Positions 9,046 to 18,098 of a DNA stretch of 21,281 nucleotides are shown here, in pieces (positions within the stretch are counted from its first letter, which is position 1; every line of letters starts with the position of its first letter). This DNA comes from Candidatus Thorarchaeota archaeon (GTDB taxonomy: Archaea; Asgardarchaeota; Heimdallarchaeia; Hodarchaeales; Hodarchaeaceae), in assembly GCA_048882505.1 (NCBI GenBank), contig JBHLRO010000031.1, positions 12,568 to 33,848 of the forward strand. Reading direction: 5' to 3'. A program made the position numbers and the translations under genes. The notes below the pieces were generated by a model that worked only from the letters and a program-made list of their open reading frames with translations, had not been told where the DNA came from and searched no databases.

Positions 9046-9309
9046 TTGAATGAGATTAAAATGACTGGTCCCAAAGTTGAAGTGTTCTCTCCAGCTGGAG
9101 CTTGTGGCTGTTCATTTGCTGTTTGGATTGAAAAGGTCTGGAATATCCTTATGAAATATAAAGACCAACTTGAAATTGTGAGTCTGACCTCAGATTCTCC
9201 ACGGGCATATGAACTTGGAGTGGGTGGTCGAACTGTTGTGATCAATGGCACCATCACTCCTGTTTTGTCACTTGAGCGAAAAATCCAAGAACTACTAAGA
9301 GAGAATTGA
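9046..9309 (+). CDS. Small hypothetical protein with ACGC motif, possible thioredoxin fold
   Basis: VEVFSPAGACGCSFAVW...RTVVING; last gene of the operon. Start is TTG 9046 or ATG 9061. Confidence 0.7.
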   Translation: MNEIKMTGPKVEVFSPAGACGCSFAVWIEKVWNILMKYKDQLEIVSLTSDSPRAYELGVGGRTVVINGTITPVLSLERKIQELLREN

Positions 9310-9484
9310 TGTGAGATGATGCTGACCAATGAATAATGGGTCCTATTCATCATAGAGAACATGATTATAAATTGATTGAGAGATTTAATTTTTCAAAATC
9401 GAAGTTTCGAGACCAAGAAAGTTAAACATTGAACTTCATCGAGCGGATTCGTGACTGCTCTGTTTACGCGCAGCTCTTGGAATC

Positions 9485-9670
9485 GAAACCCTAATGAAAG
9501 AAGGCTTAGTCGATGAATATAGGCTTGTTATTACACCAGTTTTTCTTGGGAAAGGAAGGCGGCTTTTTAGCGAAGGATTGAAGTATCAAGAACTTGGGCT
9601 TCTTGAATCCCAGCCACTTTCTACTGGTGGCATCCTATTAAGGTACGCAAACACGTCTGTTGGCAAATAA
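9485..9670 (+). pseudogene. 3' fragment of a second DHFR-like gene (62 codons, no 5' part)
   Basis: ETLMKEGLVDEYRLVITPVFLGKGRRLFSEGLKYQELGLLESQPLSTGGILLRYANTSVGK* is colinear and gap-free with 6024-6209. Confidence 0.88.
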
Positions 9671-9727
9671 ACGAAAACTCTTCCCTAAGGAGCTCTGATG
9701 TTATTAATCGCTATGCGATCACACATG

Positions 9728-9773
9728 AGCAAAAAAAAGAAACAAAGTTCCTTCCCCGCCCAAAAAGAGAAAA
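9728..9773 (-). repeat. Partial repeat copy (trailer only)
   Basis: AAAAAGAAACAAAGTTCCTTCCCCGCCCAAAAAGAGAAAA matches 17939-17981 and 21112-21153. Confidence 0.8.
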
Positions 9774-10281
9774 TCAACGATATAGCAATAAGCTTCGGAT
9801 TCCCCGCCTGCTCAGATAATGCCAAGCTTTGCAGAAAATAGTCCAATGCCCTGTCTAGCGCACCTTTTCGCCAATAGATTAATCCCTTCACATTACAGAA
9901 TAGTGCCACCCTGTCTTTTCCGTTCTCCTTTTCAACCGCTGTGAACGCTTCTATCAGCTGTTCTCCTTCCCTGCTTGCTGCTAGTCCCTCATCCAGTCGT
10001 CCCAGCCGCGTTAGAGCATATAGTTCCGCTACCAGTAGAGAAAAAGTGGGTAGTTTTCCCACGGTGGTAGATAATTCTGTTCGGGCCTTTCTTGCCACCG
10101 TTAAGGCTTTATCGAATTGTCCTAAGGCTTCGAAAGCCCGACTCTTGTAATACTGATGTTCGATCTGCCTTTTCAAAGGTATATTATCTGGTTTAGCTTT
10201 TCCGGCCAGCTGTTCCAGTACTTCCTGGTACTTTCCTTTCTCAAAGAGCTCTTTCAAGTCTCTCTGTTTCATTGCTCTCAC
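9774..10281 (-). pseudogene. TPR-repeat protein, 3'-truncated and fused to the repeat trailer
   Basis: TPR helices (ALFCNVKGLIYWRKGALDRALDYFLQSLAL...IAISL). The frame breaks at about 9774 and continues into repeat sequence (IFSFWAGKELCFFF) to a stop at 9685. Confidence 0.82.
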
Positions 10282-10549
10282 AGCCAGTTTTTTTTATGGC
10301 TCTCATAAAAAGCTTCTACTATTGGTTGATTGCATTAAAACAATTTATTTTCAACCCCATATTCATTTGCTAAAGGATAAGGGGAACGGATTCTGTCAAA
10401 GTAGTAAACAGCTCTAAATGAGGTATTTTATGTAAGTTTTTACATATATTATATCTAGAATCCTACGATTTAATGCAGATAAATCTATAATTCTCCTATG
10501 AATAAATCTAATAAGGTATTATCACATTTTATTAATTGACGAAAAAGAT

Positions 10550-11041
10550 ATGATACCCAATAATCTTTATACGGAAGAAATTAAGTCAAGAACCACATTG
10601 TTTGGTTCGATTATATTCATATTAACTTCTCTTTTTATATTATGGTACCAATCCTTCATAGAATCATTCCATCATCCAATCCTAATTGGAATATCCATAA
10701 TTATTATCGTGATCTGTCTTGTCCTAATTAACTTTAGTAGAATGACTATTGGATTAACATCCCGAGAAATAACTATTAGATATGGAATATTTGGTCGCAC
10801 AGAGTCATGGCAGAATGTCAAAGCCGTTACTTACGATGAAACACCCATGATTGGATATCTAGGATGGGGAATTAGAATAATAAGATTTAGAGGAAAATGG
10901 AGACTAATTTTCAATGTAATGGGGGAAAAATGTGTTATACTCCATTTAAACCAAGGTAGATTTCGAGAATTTGTGTTTTCAACGAATTCTCCAGACGAGA
11001 TTATCAAGATAATTAGAGAAAAGACTCTTCAGAAAGTCTGA
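10550..11041 (+). CDS. Membrane protein with two N-terminal TM helices and a PH-like soluble domain
   Basis: Two hydrophobic helices, then ITIRYGIF...GWGIR...FSTNSPDEII; resembles DUF3093/bPH-type small membrane proteins. Confidence 0.7.
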   Translation: MIPNNLYTEEIKSRTTLFGSIIFILTSLFILWYQSFIESFHHPILIGISIIIIVICLVLINFSRMTIGLTSREITIRYGIFGRTESWQNVKAVTYDETPMIGYLGWGIRIIRFRGKWRLIFNVMGEKCVILHLNQGRFREFVFSTNSPDEIIKIIREKTLQKV

Positions 11042-11078
11042 TAAATCTCGGTCTTGTATATACCCCAGGATATACTTT

Positions 11079-11106
11079 TCTTAACCTAACCAACGTGTAC
11101 TCTAGT
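11079..11106. other. 28-bp dif/Xer-like site 4
   Basis: TCTTAACCTAA-CCAACG-TGTACTCTAGT. Minus-strand arm TTAGGTTAAGA is 8/11 identical to the XerD arm TTATGTTAAAT; lies between two convergent genes. Confidence 0.55.
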
Positions 11107-11134
11107 GTGTAATTAAAATCCATTAGTAATTCGT

Positions 11135-12151
11135 TTAAGGAGCGTATTTTTCACTATGGTATCTTCCCTCCCACATATGATCGATGAGGATCAGTATAAT
11201 CGCTGTAATAAAGAATACGATCAACCATGCATTGGTAATTGGGAAAAGAAGTTGTCCACACACATTATTTGATATATGAGCGATTCCAACGGCCAAGATG
11301 CTACCATGGGTTCGATTGTATATCCAAGTAAGGAATACACTTAAGGGAATAAAGCTTAACGCATAAAAAATGTACGGTGGTACGGGATTGGGGTCTGGCC
11401 AAATCAAAGGTAAGTGCCATGCAAACCACATCAATGCAATGATCAAGCTTGCAACAAGCGGACTGTAATGACCCTGTAATGCCGGAAGTGCAAAACCACG
11501 CCAGCCAACTTCTTCTCCTAAAGTATTTGCAAAAAAGAAGTTATAAATGAAGGTTATGGGTAGTGTCAGAACAGCATTCCATCCAATCAGTGGTAAAGGA
11601 ATCGCATATGCAGTTTGGCCTAGTGCATTTGAGAAGAGGGATCCAATCCAGAATAGGAATGGCGGTAAAAGTAACGCTATAAGATAATAGACCAACAAAC
11701 CACTTGGTTTGATTAGAGAATGTACATACTCTCTCACTTTCTGATTGACAGCAAACGCAGATGATATAATAAAGGCCGGAGGAATTGCTATCATTAATCC
11801 CATGAAGGTCATAACGATTATAATTACAGGGGTCCAAGATAAGGCCATAGATATCCAGGAGTTCAGGATAAAGACTAGAGTTGAGACAACCAATCCCAGG
11901 CAAAAAGCCAAAAACTGTCTTTTTCTACTTTTATCATACTGCTCGGGATTTATAACCCATGTAACAACGATCCCTGCAAGTGCAGGACCAAATAATCCCC
12001 ATCCAACGGGAATCATAGCAAGAACTCCGAAAATGCCTTCTTGGGTACTCAATTGAATAAAAGGAATCCAAAACCCCCACGTAATTACATAAGTGAGAAT
12101 AAAGAACGTTATTATCTGATTTTTGGCAACCAGATTCCTAATCTTGTCCAT
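11135..12151 (-). CDS. CPBP family intramembrane metalloprotease (CAAX protease/Abi, Rce1-like)
   Basis: GEEVGWRGFALP, WFAWHLP and HISNN motifs; multi-pass membrane protein. Confidence 0.92.
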   Translation of the reverse strand: MDKIRNLVAKNQIITFFILTYVITWGFWIPFIQLSTQEGIFGVLAMIPVGWGLFGPALAGIVVTWVINPEQYDKSRKRQFLAFCLGLVVSTLVFILNSWISMALSWTPVIIIVMTFMGLMIAIPPAFIISSAFAVNQKVREYVHSLIKPSGLLVYYLIALLLPPFLFWIGSLFSNALGQTAYAIPLPLIGWNAVLTLPITFIYNFFFANTLGEEVGWRGFALPALQGHYSPLVASLIIALMWFAWHLPLIWPDPNPVPPYIFYALSFIPLSVFLTWIYNRTHGSILAVGIAHISNNVCGQLLFPITNAWLIVFFITAIILILIDHMWEGRYHSEKYAP

Positions 12152-12532
12152 CGCTTGTATTTCCTAGATACTTAGAAATCAAGGCTCTGCTAACTGTTGT
12201 ATTCTTTTTGAGGTAAGCACAAAGCAAGCTATCAATAGATAGCGTTTGATGAACTCAACTATATTGTTCATTATTCTCGATTTTTATTCATGAAATGGAT
12301 TATTGGTAATTAGAGTCGATTTGATACAAGCTTACCTAATGGACATTTTTAAGGCTCTTCTTCTTGGCAGGAGTAGAAAAATGTAGGAAAACCAATGGCT
12401 TCTGGAAAATAATTCTTCTAAAAAAGACCGCTTATCCAAATAACAATTTTGCCATTATTTAACCAAGAGGAAATTCCATCAAAATAATCACAAACGATAG
12501 GTAGATGTCTTTATGCGCGTTTTTTATAACAG

Positions 12533-12560
12533 ATGAGCAATAACCAACGCTGAAGATATC
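12533..12560. other. Degenerate dif-like site
   Basis: ATGAGCAATAA-CCAACG-CTGAAGATATC: left arm and spacer close to site 6 (ACGTGCAATAA-CCAACG); right arm degenerate. Confidence 0.4.
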
Positions 12561-12689
12561 CAAGTAGCATATTTTCTGTAAAATCAATTACAGAATGGAT
12601 CTGTTTATGTCTATCTGGAATTATCTCCGTCCAATACAAGCTCGTAGTTCTACCTAATTAAGCAGATTGTAAGAATAGAAAAAAATGAA

Positions 12690-12845
12690 GATAAAAAACT
12701 TCTTCCCACCAAAAAAAAATTCGGAGTCTGGGCGTTACTTCGTGTACAGCTGTTCCACTTCAAGTTGTGACTTACCATGGATCGCCGCAATCCCCAAGAT
12801 GCTTCCCAAAGGTACCTTGAACAGATTCATGGCTCAATTACCTTA
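12690..12845 (-). repeat. Repeat copy A (gene 3' end plus trailer)
   Basis: Minus strand 12830-12735 encodes MNLFKVPLGSILGIAAIHGKSQLEVEQLYTK*, followed by the trailer. Confidence 0.88.
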
Positions 12846-12873
12846 GTCCCAACTCATTCCCGTTATGTTGGGA
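12846..12873. other. 28-bp dif-like, partly palindromic site 5
   Basis: GTCCCAACTCA-TTCCCG-TTATGTTGGGA, with TCCCAAC/GTTGGGA inverted arms and the family CG|TTA junction; sits at the end of copy A. Confidence 0.45.
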
Positions 12874-12970
12874 TACAAATATACTTTTATACTTGTAGAA
12901 TTCTGAATATAAACAAGGGAAAAAGCTCAAAATTACAACATTTACGCTAATGCTAGTTACGGTGAGATAA

Positions 12971-13234
12971 TTGACAACAGTGCGATTAAATAAAGATGAT
13001 GAGGATCTTTTAGAAAGGTTAAGAGCTCGTTATATTTTGATGGGCAAAAAAATGACAAAAAAGGAAATTTTAGGACAATTAATCAGACAAGAAGCAAAGA
13101 AATTTGAAGAAGAACTCAATAATCAGCATTTGCCCAAACTAGAGGAGGATATTGCCTGGAAATTACTCCAAACACCAACAAAATGGGGGATTAAAGATAC
13201 TTCTACAACTGTGGATGAATATCTCTATCAGTGA
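12971..13234 (+). CDS. Putative antitoxin (VapB-like)
   Basis: 87 aa, TTG start after GGTGA; MTTVRL N-terminus and acidic DTSTTVDEYLY C-terminus; directly upstream of a PIN gene. Confidence 0.78.
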   Translation: MTTVRLNKDDEDLLERLRARYILMGKKMTKKEILGQLIRQEAKKFEEELNNQHLPKLEEDIAWKLLQTPTKWGIKDTSTTVDEYLYQ

Positions 13235-13243
13235 GGTAATTCC

Positions 13244-13654
13244 ATGGTTGTGCTTTTAGATACTGGGTTTATTCTTGCTATACGAAATTCTGATGATGTT
13301 AATCATAATAAAGCAACCGAATTAATGAGAGAATGTTTATCAGAAAAATATGGCCGGATTATTGTTTCAAATTTCGTATTTGATGAGACCGTTACCTTAA
13401 CACTAGTGAGAACCCGTAATAAGAGCTTAGTTAGAGATATTGGCGACTTTATTTTTGATTCGCCGAGGATTACTTTACTGCATTTGAGCGAAACAGAATT
13501 TCTAGTTACTTGGGAATTCTTCCTTAAATACTTCGAAAAGGGGCTCTCATTTACGGACTGCTCGCTTCTAGTCATGGCGAAGCTCTTCGAGAGTAATGTT
13601 TACATTGCCACCTTTGATCGACATTTCAAGGGACTCCTTCCCGTACTTGGATAA
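13244..13654 (+). CDS. vapC: PIN-domain toxin (VapC family)
   Basis: VLLDTGFILA...FDETVTL...LSFTDCS...TFDRHF are the PIN acidic motifs. Confidence 0.93.
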   Translation: MVVLLDTGFILAIRNSDDVNHNKATELMRECLSEKYGRIIVSNFVFDETVTLTLVRTRNKSLVRDIGDFIFDSPRITLLHLSETEFLVTWEFFLKYFEKGLSFTDCSLLVMAKLFESNVYIATFDRHFKGLLPVLG

Positions 13655-13668
13655 TTCCTGTATAAGAG

Positions 13669-13696
13669 ACGTGCAATAACCAACGTTATACGACAC
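13669..13696. other. 28-bp dif/Xer-like site 6
   Basis: ACGTGCAATAA-CCAACG-TTATACGACAC has the canonical ATAA-N6-TTAT core; 15 bp after the vapC stop and about 42 bp before the trailer of copy B. Confidence 0.65.
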
Positions 13697-13721
13697 CTCA
13701 GTGTCATATCAGTAGAGAATA

Positions 13722-13838
13722 GGGAATAAGGAAAAAACTCCTTCCCCCCGCGAAAAAAAGGCTGGAGTCTGGGTGTTACTTCGTGTTCAGCTGTTCGACT
13801 TCAAGCTGTGACAAGACTAGAGTGCCGCAATCCTAAGA
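13722..13838 (-). repeat. Repeat copy B
   Basis: Minus strand reads IAAL, then a 1-nt deletion, then VLSQLEVEQLNTK* (stop 13776-13778), followed by the trailer GGGGGGAAGGAGTTTTTTCC. Confidence 0.88.
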
Positions 13839-13911
13839 GAACGACTCCTTTTTCGCTCCCCAAATGGCTATTACTTCCAGCAAATAACGTTTACTCTTGG
13901 TAAAAGCTCTC

Positions 13912-14379
13912 TTACCAATGAGAATGCTCAGGGGGTCTTAATTCTGGGAAGTTTGTGTCTCTAGCACGTATAAAGGAACGAAAATAAGAGGGTCTAACCC
14001 GAATCACGGCCCATGTCTTCCTTCTAGCCAAGAATTGCTCTTCTTCAAGCCAATAGTATTTCTTGATTCTCATTGCCTTTACTTTTTCTATAATTTCTTC
14101 GTCCTCAACATTTTCAGCTTCTCCTCTTATCATCACATATTGGTTCTTCCAATCATCCTTATAGACATGATGAACCAAGAGAGCCACATCTGGCTTCCTT
14201 TGAATGTTTCGGATCGTCAAGATGTTGGGTCTCGTCAAAATGTAGATTACACCCTCTTCTTCATGATACATGAAGTAAAATCCAGCAATATAGGGTTTAC
14301 CATTTACCCCAACAGTAGATATGATCAATGCGTCCTCGTCATGTAGAAATTTCTTGCTTGGTTCGTCTATTTCCACCAT
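13912..14379 (-). CDS. Pyridoxamine 5'-phosphate oxidase-like (split-barrel flavin/F420-binding) protein
   Basis: ISTVGVNGKP...IYILT...RNIQRKPDVALLV...VMIRGEAE...VIRVRP. Confidence 0.85.
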   Translation of the reverse strand: MVEIDEPSKKFLHDEDALIISTVGVNGKPYIAGFYFMYHEEEGVIYILTRPNILTIRNIQRKPDVALLVHHVYKDDWKNQYVMIRGEAENVEDEEIIEKVKAMRIKKYYWLEEEQFLARRKTWAVIRVRPSYFRSFIRARDTNFPELRPPEHSHW

Positions 14380-14646
14380 TGTAGTTATTTCCTTCTTTGT
14401 TTTCTTTCTTATATTTTTGCAACCATCGATAGTTAAAAGTTTTCCAATTTCATTTATGGATTCTTTTAGTAAATCTATTCTAGCAAAAACCCAGGATGGA
14501 GTAGATCTAGGATGAGTTTAAATTGATCTTCGTCCCCTTAATGAGGAGTTACAGTTAAAAACAACATATTGGTTAAGACTTTAGAAATGCGATATGTCAA
14601 TATTTAGCACCACATTACAATTGATCTTCACCCCCACCGCCCATTA

Positions 14647-14674
14647 TTTTGTCCTATATCTGGTTAGAGAGCTG
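14647..14674. other. Degenerate dif-like site before copy C
   Basis: TTTTGTCCTAT-ATCTGG-TTAGAGAGCTG: left arm 8/11 identical to site 1, at the expected ~45-bp spacing from the trailer. Confidence 0.3.
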
Positions 14675-14699
14675 TTGGAGTTTGCAAAGAGAAAAAGAT

Positions 14700-14808
14700 A
14701 TTGAAAAAAGAGGAAAAACCTCTCTTCCGTTTTAAACAAAATATTGAGTCTAGATGTCATTTTGTATAGCGCTGTTTGACTTCGGGCTGCGACAAGATAC
14801 AGAGTACT
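14700..14808 (-). repeat. Repeat copy C (diverged)
   Basis: Minus strand 14804-14757 encodes LCILSQPEVKQRYTK*, followed by a diverged trailer. Confidence 0.8.
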
Positions 14809-14916
14809 GATTGTAAAACTGATTTGATCAACTCTGTCTCGATATACATCCAAAACCAAGGAAGAAGGCCTGGAAAAATCCTTGGCAGCGATCTTTAATA
14901 ATATCAATTGGAAAAA

Positions 14917-15098
14917 TTACCTGGATGAACGAACCATTTTACGCGCTTCTATCAGGTGATCTTCCGCTCTTGCTTTTTGTAACCTTTTTTGTACCGTTGC
15001 GTTCTGCATCAATAACTCCTCTCATTTCACGAGTTCTTCTTCCAGTTGTTTCCTTTCTCAAAGAGCTCTTTCAAGTCTCTCTCTTTCATTGCTCTCAC
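14917..15098 (-). pseudogene. Internally deleted remnant of the TPR gene family
   Basis: 15049-15098 is 49/50 identical to 10232-10281 (MRAMKERDLKELFEKG). It is joined out of frame to 44 codons QLEEELVK*EELLMQNATVQKRLQKARAEDHLIEARKMVRSSR*. Confidence 0.75.
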
Positions 15099-15288
15099 CT
15101 ATAGAAAAATTGGCAAAAAAGGGATATTTTAACCTCTAAAACAAAAACAAATATATATTGTAGATATTATATCATTTTCTAATCTGTTCATTAATTTAAA
15201 TTGGAAAGGTTCTGATTACATTTAGAAATGCATAAAATAAACCCGATTGGGCATAATCTAAAAATCCAAAGTCCTAGGGGTCAATTTC

Positions 15289-15960
15289 ATGTTTAAAAAT
15301 ACTCGAATCCCGTACTTTTATCGTTTATCTTTATTGTTAGCTTCACTTACCACCTTTACTGTTCTTGAAATACTTGTTTTTATCGAATTTCAGAATGAAG
15401 TTACGGATCTTATTCAAAGATATCGTACTTGGTCGTATCAATCAAATTTACTTGTTTTAATTTGGCTTGCACTCGCTATTTACTATAATACGAATGAAAA
15501 TAAAAAGGATATTTTATTTGGACCATTAAAAGGTGCTATAACTTCATATATTACCGTTACGATTGTATTCTGGCATTTTGTTATTTCTCCGACCGCAGCT
15601 CCCGCAGAAGGAATTGTAATACTAGCAAATCTTATGATTCATTATTTCCTGCCAATTGCTTTTATTGTTGATTTTCTTCTATTTGATGTTCCCTCCTATG
15701 AATGGAAATCTATTCCGTCTTGGTTTATTTTTCCTTTAGTATGGACTGGTTTTGTCATGTTGACAGGTCTTACGGGATTTTTTAGAAACTCTTTGGGATT
15801 ACCGAATTATGTTTATCCATTCCTTAGTATTAATCGACATGGGGTAATCTCAGTAGGAACTTTCCTATTAATCGTATATATCGGTCTTTTATTAATGGCA
15901 GTAGCTTATGTTGGAATTTCTAAGATAAAAAATCGTTCCAAAATTCTGCAAGCAAATTAA
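15289..15960 (+). CDS. Pr6Pr / FAR-17a-AIG1-like membrane protein
   Basis: About 6 TM helices; SYQSN, HYFLP...DF and YVYPFL motifs. Confidence 0.72.
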   Translation: MFKNTRIPYFYRLSLLLASLTTFTVLEILVFIEFQNEVTDLIQRYRTWSYQSNLLVLIWLALAIYYNTNENKKDILFGPLKGAITSYITVTIVFWHFVISPTAAPAEGIVILANLMIHYFLPIAFIVDFLLFDVPSYEWKSIPSWFIFPLVWTGFVMLTGLTGFFRNSLGLPNYVYPFLSINRHGVISVGTFLLIVYIGLLLMAVAYVGISKIKNRSKILQAN

Positions 15961-16319
15961 ATATGCAAAGACCATAGAATCAAAAGATTGTAGAGATTAA
16001 TAAAGGAGAAATAACGAGAAATAGTCCGAAAATATTCCTTTTCTTTCCAATCCAAGTCTAACCAATGGAAAGTCTGGAAATTATCCCCGTTTAATCCCTT
16101 TCTATATTAAAATATCCCGTTTTCGTAAAAAAGGAAATTCAATTTAAGATCGCTCTAATTGGGGAAAATCGGAAAAAAATGTCATTTCTTCAAAGAAGGC
16201 ACCTGATGGCTTGTAAAGCTGAGTCAGTCAAGGCAAAAATACTCTCTCCTACCCCCGTCAGGATTTGCATTGCGATTAATCAGGGATATTTCACACCGTA
16301 CTTACGGTTGTACTACATT

Positions 16320-16347
16320 TAACGTAATATCCAACGTTAACCGACTT
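16320..16347. other. 28-bp dif/Xer-like site 7
   Basis: TAACGTAATAT-CCAACG-TTAACCGACTT. Confidence 0.55.
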
Positions 16348-16402
16348 CGATGCGGTACTCACTCTACCATAAGAAGGAAAAAAGGAAACAAAGCTCCTTC
16401 AC
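16348..16402 (-). repeat. Partial repeat copy (site-proximal trailer)
   Basis: CGATGCGGTACTCACTCTACCATAAGAAGGAAAAAAGGAAACAAAGCTCCTTC is near-identical to 21081-21133. Confidence 0.9.
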
Positions 16403-16649
16403 CTTTTAAGAAAGCCAGAATTTAAAAAAGACGTCATTAAACATCCAACACTGGGAGGTGTTAAGGACACTTTCAGTGGAGGCAAGGTATCACAGATCTC
16501 TTATGAATGAACACCCCACGATCGTTCTATCTTCTTCCTTCCAAATATTAGCCTCTTAATACCTGGATCGCCACTGGTCATTAGTGGTTTCACAGGTAGA
16601 CCAAAGTGAAAACAAAAAAAACCTTTGGAATTTTCAAAAGAGAGAGACG

Positions 16650-17585
16650 TCATAAATTTTTATACCAGTCAAGGGTTTGATGAATCGCTTCCCGGTGAGG
16701 TGTGACAGTTTTACCAAACGCTTTTTCAAATTTAGAGTGATCAAGAATAAAAGGATCTTGAAATTGGTAAAGCGTTTCCTTCAACTCTCGAAGCGTGGGA
16801 TCAACTATTCCTAGTAAGGAAACGATTATATTTGGTGTAACGCTTATTTTGGGTTCAGCATTTGCTTCTTCAAACATCAATTCCAGAAATTGCCTTGTAG
16901 TCAGTGTTTCAGCACTCGGAATATGCCATACCTGTCCAAACGCTTCATTATGGTCTGCTAACGTTATGAGGCCTTTGGCAAAGTCTTCAATAAACATGTA
17001 TGTATGAGGAACGTCAAGATTACCCAAAACACTCACCTTCTGGCCTCTTAAGATGTTTGGAACCACGCGTTCTCCGATAGCGGCAAACAATACTCTGGGC
17101 CCGAAAAAATCAGAGGAACGACCAATAGTCGCCTCGATTTTACCATTGTTATGAGCCTCGATTAACATATCAGCAATCTGAGCTCGAGCTTTTCCTTTTC
17201 TCCCATGCGGATTATAAGGAAGATTTTCGGCGATAGGACCTTGGACACGGCCATAACAGTACAGATTATCACCAAAAACCAACCTAGCTCCAGTATTTAT
17301 TGCGAGATTAATCATACTTTCCATAATTAGAGGGTGCTTCTCTGGCCATTTAGTATAAGGGGGACTAACACAGTGATAGATCACTGTCGCCCCAGTAACA
17401 GCATTTTTTGAAGACTGAGGGTCAAATATGTCTGCTTTAGCCATCTCAACCTCTTCAGTACCCCTTATCTTCCCACTACGATTGACACCACGAACATTTC
17501 TGTCTTGTTTCCTTAGTTCACGAATAATCGCGGATCCAAGTGCTCCACTAGCACCAAATACCACATGAAGTTCATCTTTACTCAT
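16650..17585 (-). CDS. NAD-dependent epimerase/dehydratase (atypical SDR)
   Basis: VVFGASGALG Rossmann motif, DNLYCYG, KGKARA, GRSSDFFGP. Confidence 0.92.
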   Translation of the reverse strand: MSKDELHVVFGASGALGSAIIRELRKQDRNVRGVNRSGKIRGTEEVEMAKADIFDPQSSKNAVTGATVIYHCVSPPYTKWPEKHPLIMESMINLAINTGARLVFGDNLYCYGRVQGPIAENLPYNPHGRKGKARAQIADMLIEAHNNGKIEATIGRSSDFFGPRVLFAAIGERVVPNILRGQKVSVLGNLDVPHTYMFIEDFAKGLITLADHNEAFGQVWHIPSAETLTTRQFLELMFEEANAEPKISVTPNIIVSLLGIVDPTLRELKETLYQFQDPFILDHSKFEKAFGKTVTPHREAIHQTLDWYKNL

Positions 17586-17876
17586 AAAAGTCCTCCATTC
17601 GTAATCTGGAATCTTCCCGTTGATAGAGAGGATAAAACGATGATAAACTACTTTTTCAGGGATCCTTCCTACAGATGCATCAAAAATCCCTTCAAAGGCT
17701 GATCTAAAACGAAACTGCGATTGAAAGAACCTGATAGTAGCATACGGACTTTTACTAGAATTTGATGCTCTATTAATACTTTTCCATTGTGAGATTCTTC
17801 GCTATGATTGTTCGCCATCAAGAGGGGTAATTATTTATCTTCCGTGATTTTTCGCTGGCGACTTAAGTTCATTTGG

Positions 17877-17904
17877 CTATTAAAACAATTCCATTATACA
17901 ATTT
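17877..17904. other. Degenerate dif-like site before copy D
   Basis: CTATTAAAACA-ATTCCA-TTATACAATTT: left arm 8/11 to site 9, right arm 7/11 to site 1, about 48 bp from the trailer. Confidence 0.3.
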
Positions 17905-17929
17905 CATACTATTTTGTCCTAAATCAGAA

Positions 17930-18098
17930 AGAATGAGAAAAAGGAAACAAAGCTCCTTCCCCGCCTCAAACAGAGACAAGATGCTGGAGGGTACTTCCGC
18001 GTTAGAGCTGTTCCACTTCAGGCTGTGACAAGATGTAGAGCGCCGCGATCCCCAAGATGGTTTCAAAGAGTACGTTAAACAGATTCAGGGCCCCAAAC
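17930..18098 (-). repeat. Repeat copy D
   Basis: Minus strand 18097-18002 encodes FGALNLFNVLFETILGIAALYILSQPEVEQL*. It begins immediately after the vapC stop codon at 18099. Confidence 0.92.

Noticed and set aside
12390-12630. Short matches to 16060-16105 (ACCAATGG..TCTGGAAA; TCTGGAATTATC.CCGT)
   Set aside because: Too short and AT-rich to establish homology by eye; a local alignment would be needed.
14644-14907. ORF-track 87-aa minus-strand ORF
   Set aside because: It is an alternative-frame read-through of repeat copy C with no family signature. The same applies to 17869..18066 (copy D) and 19758..19961 (copy E trailer).
16410-16645. Possible pseudogene remnant between the partial repeat and the SDR stop
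   Set aside because: Minus-strand frames give short protein-like stretches broken by stops, but no family could be recognised.
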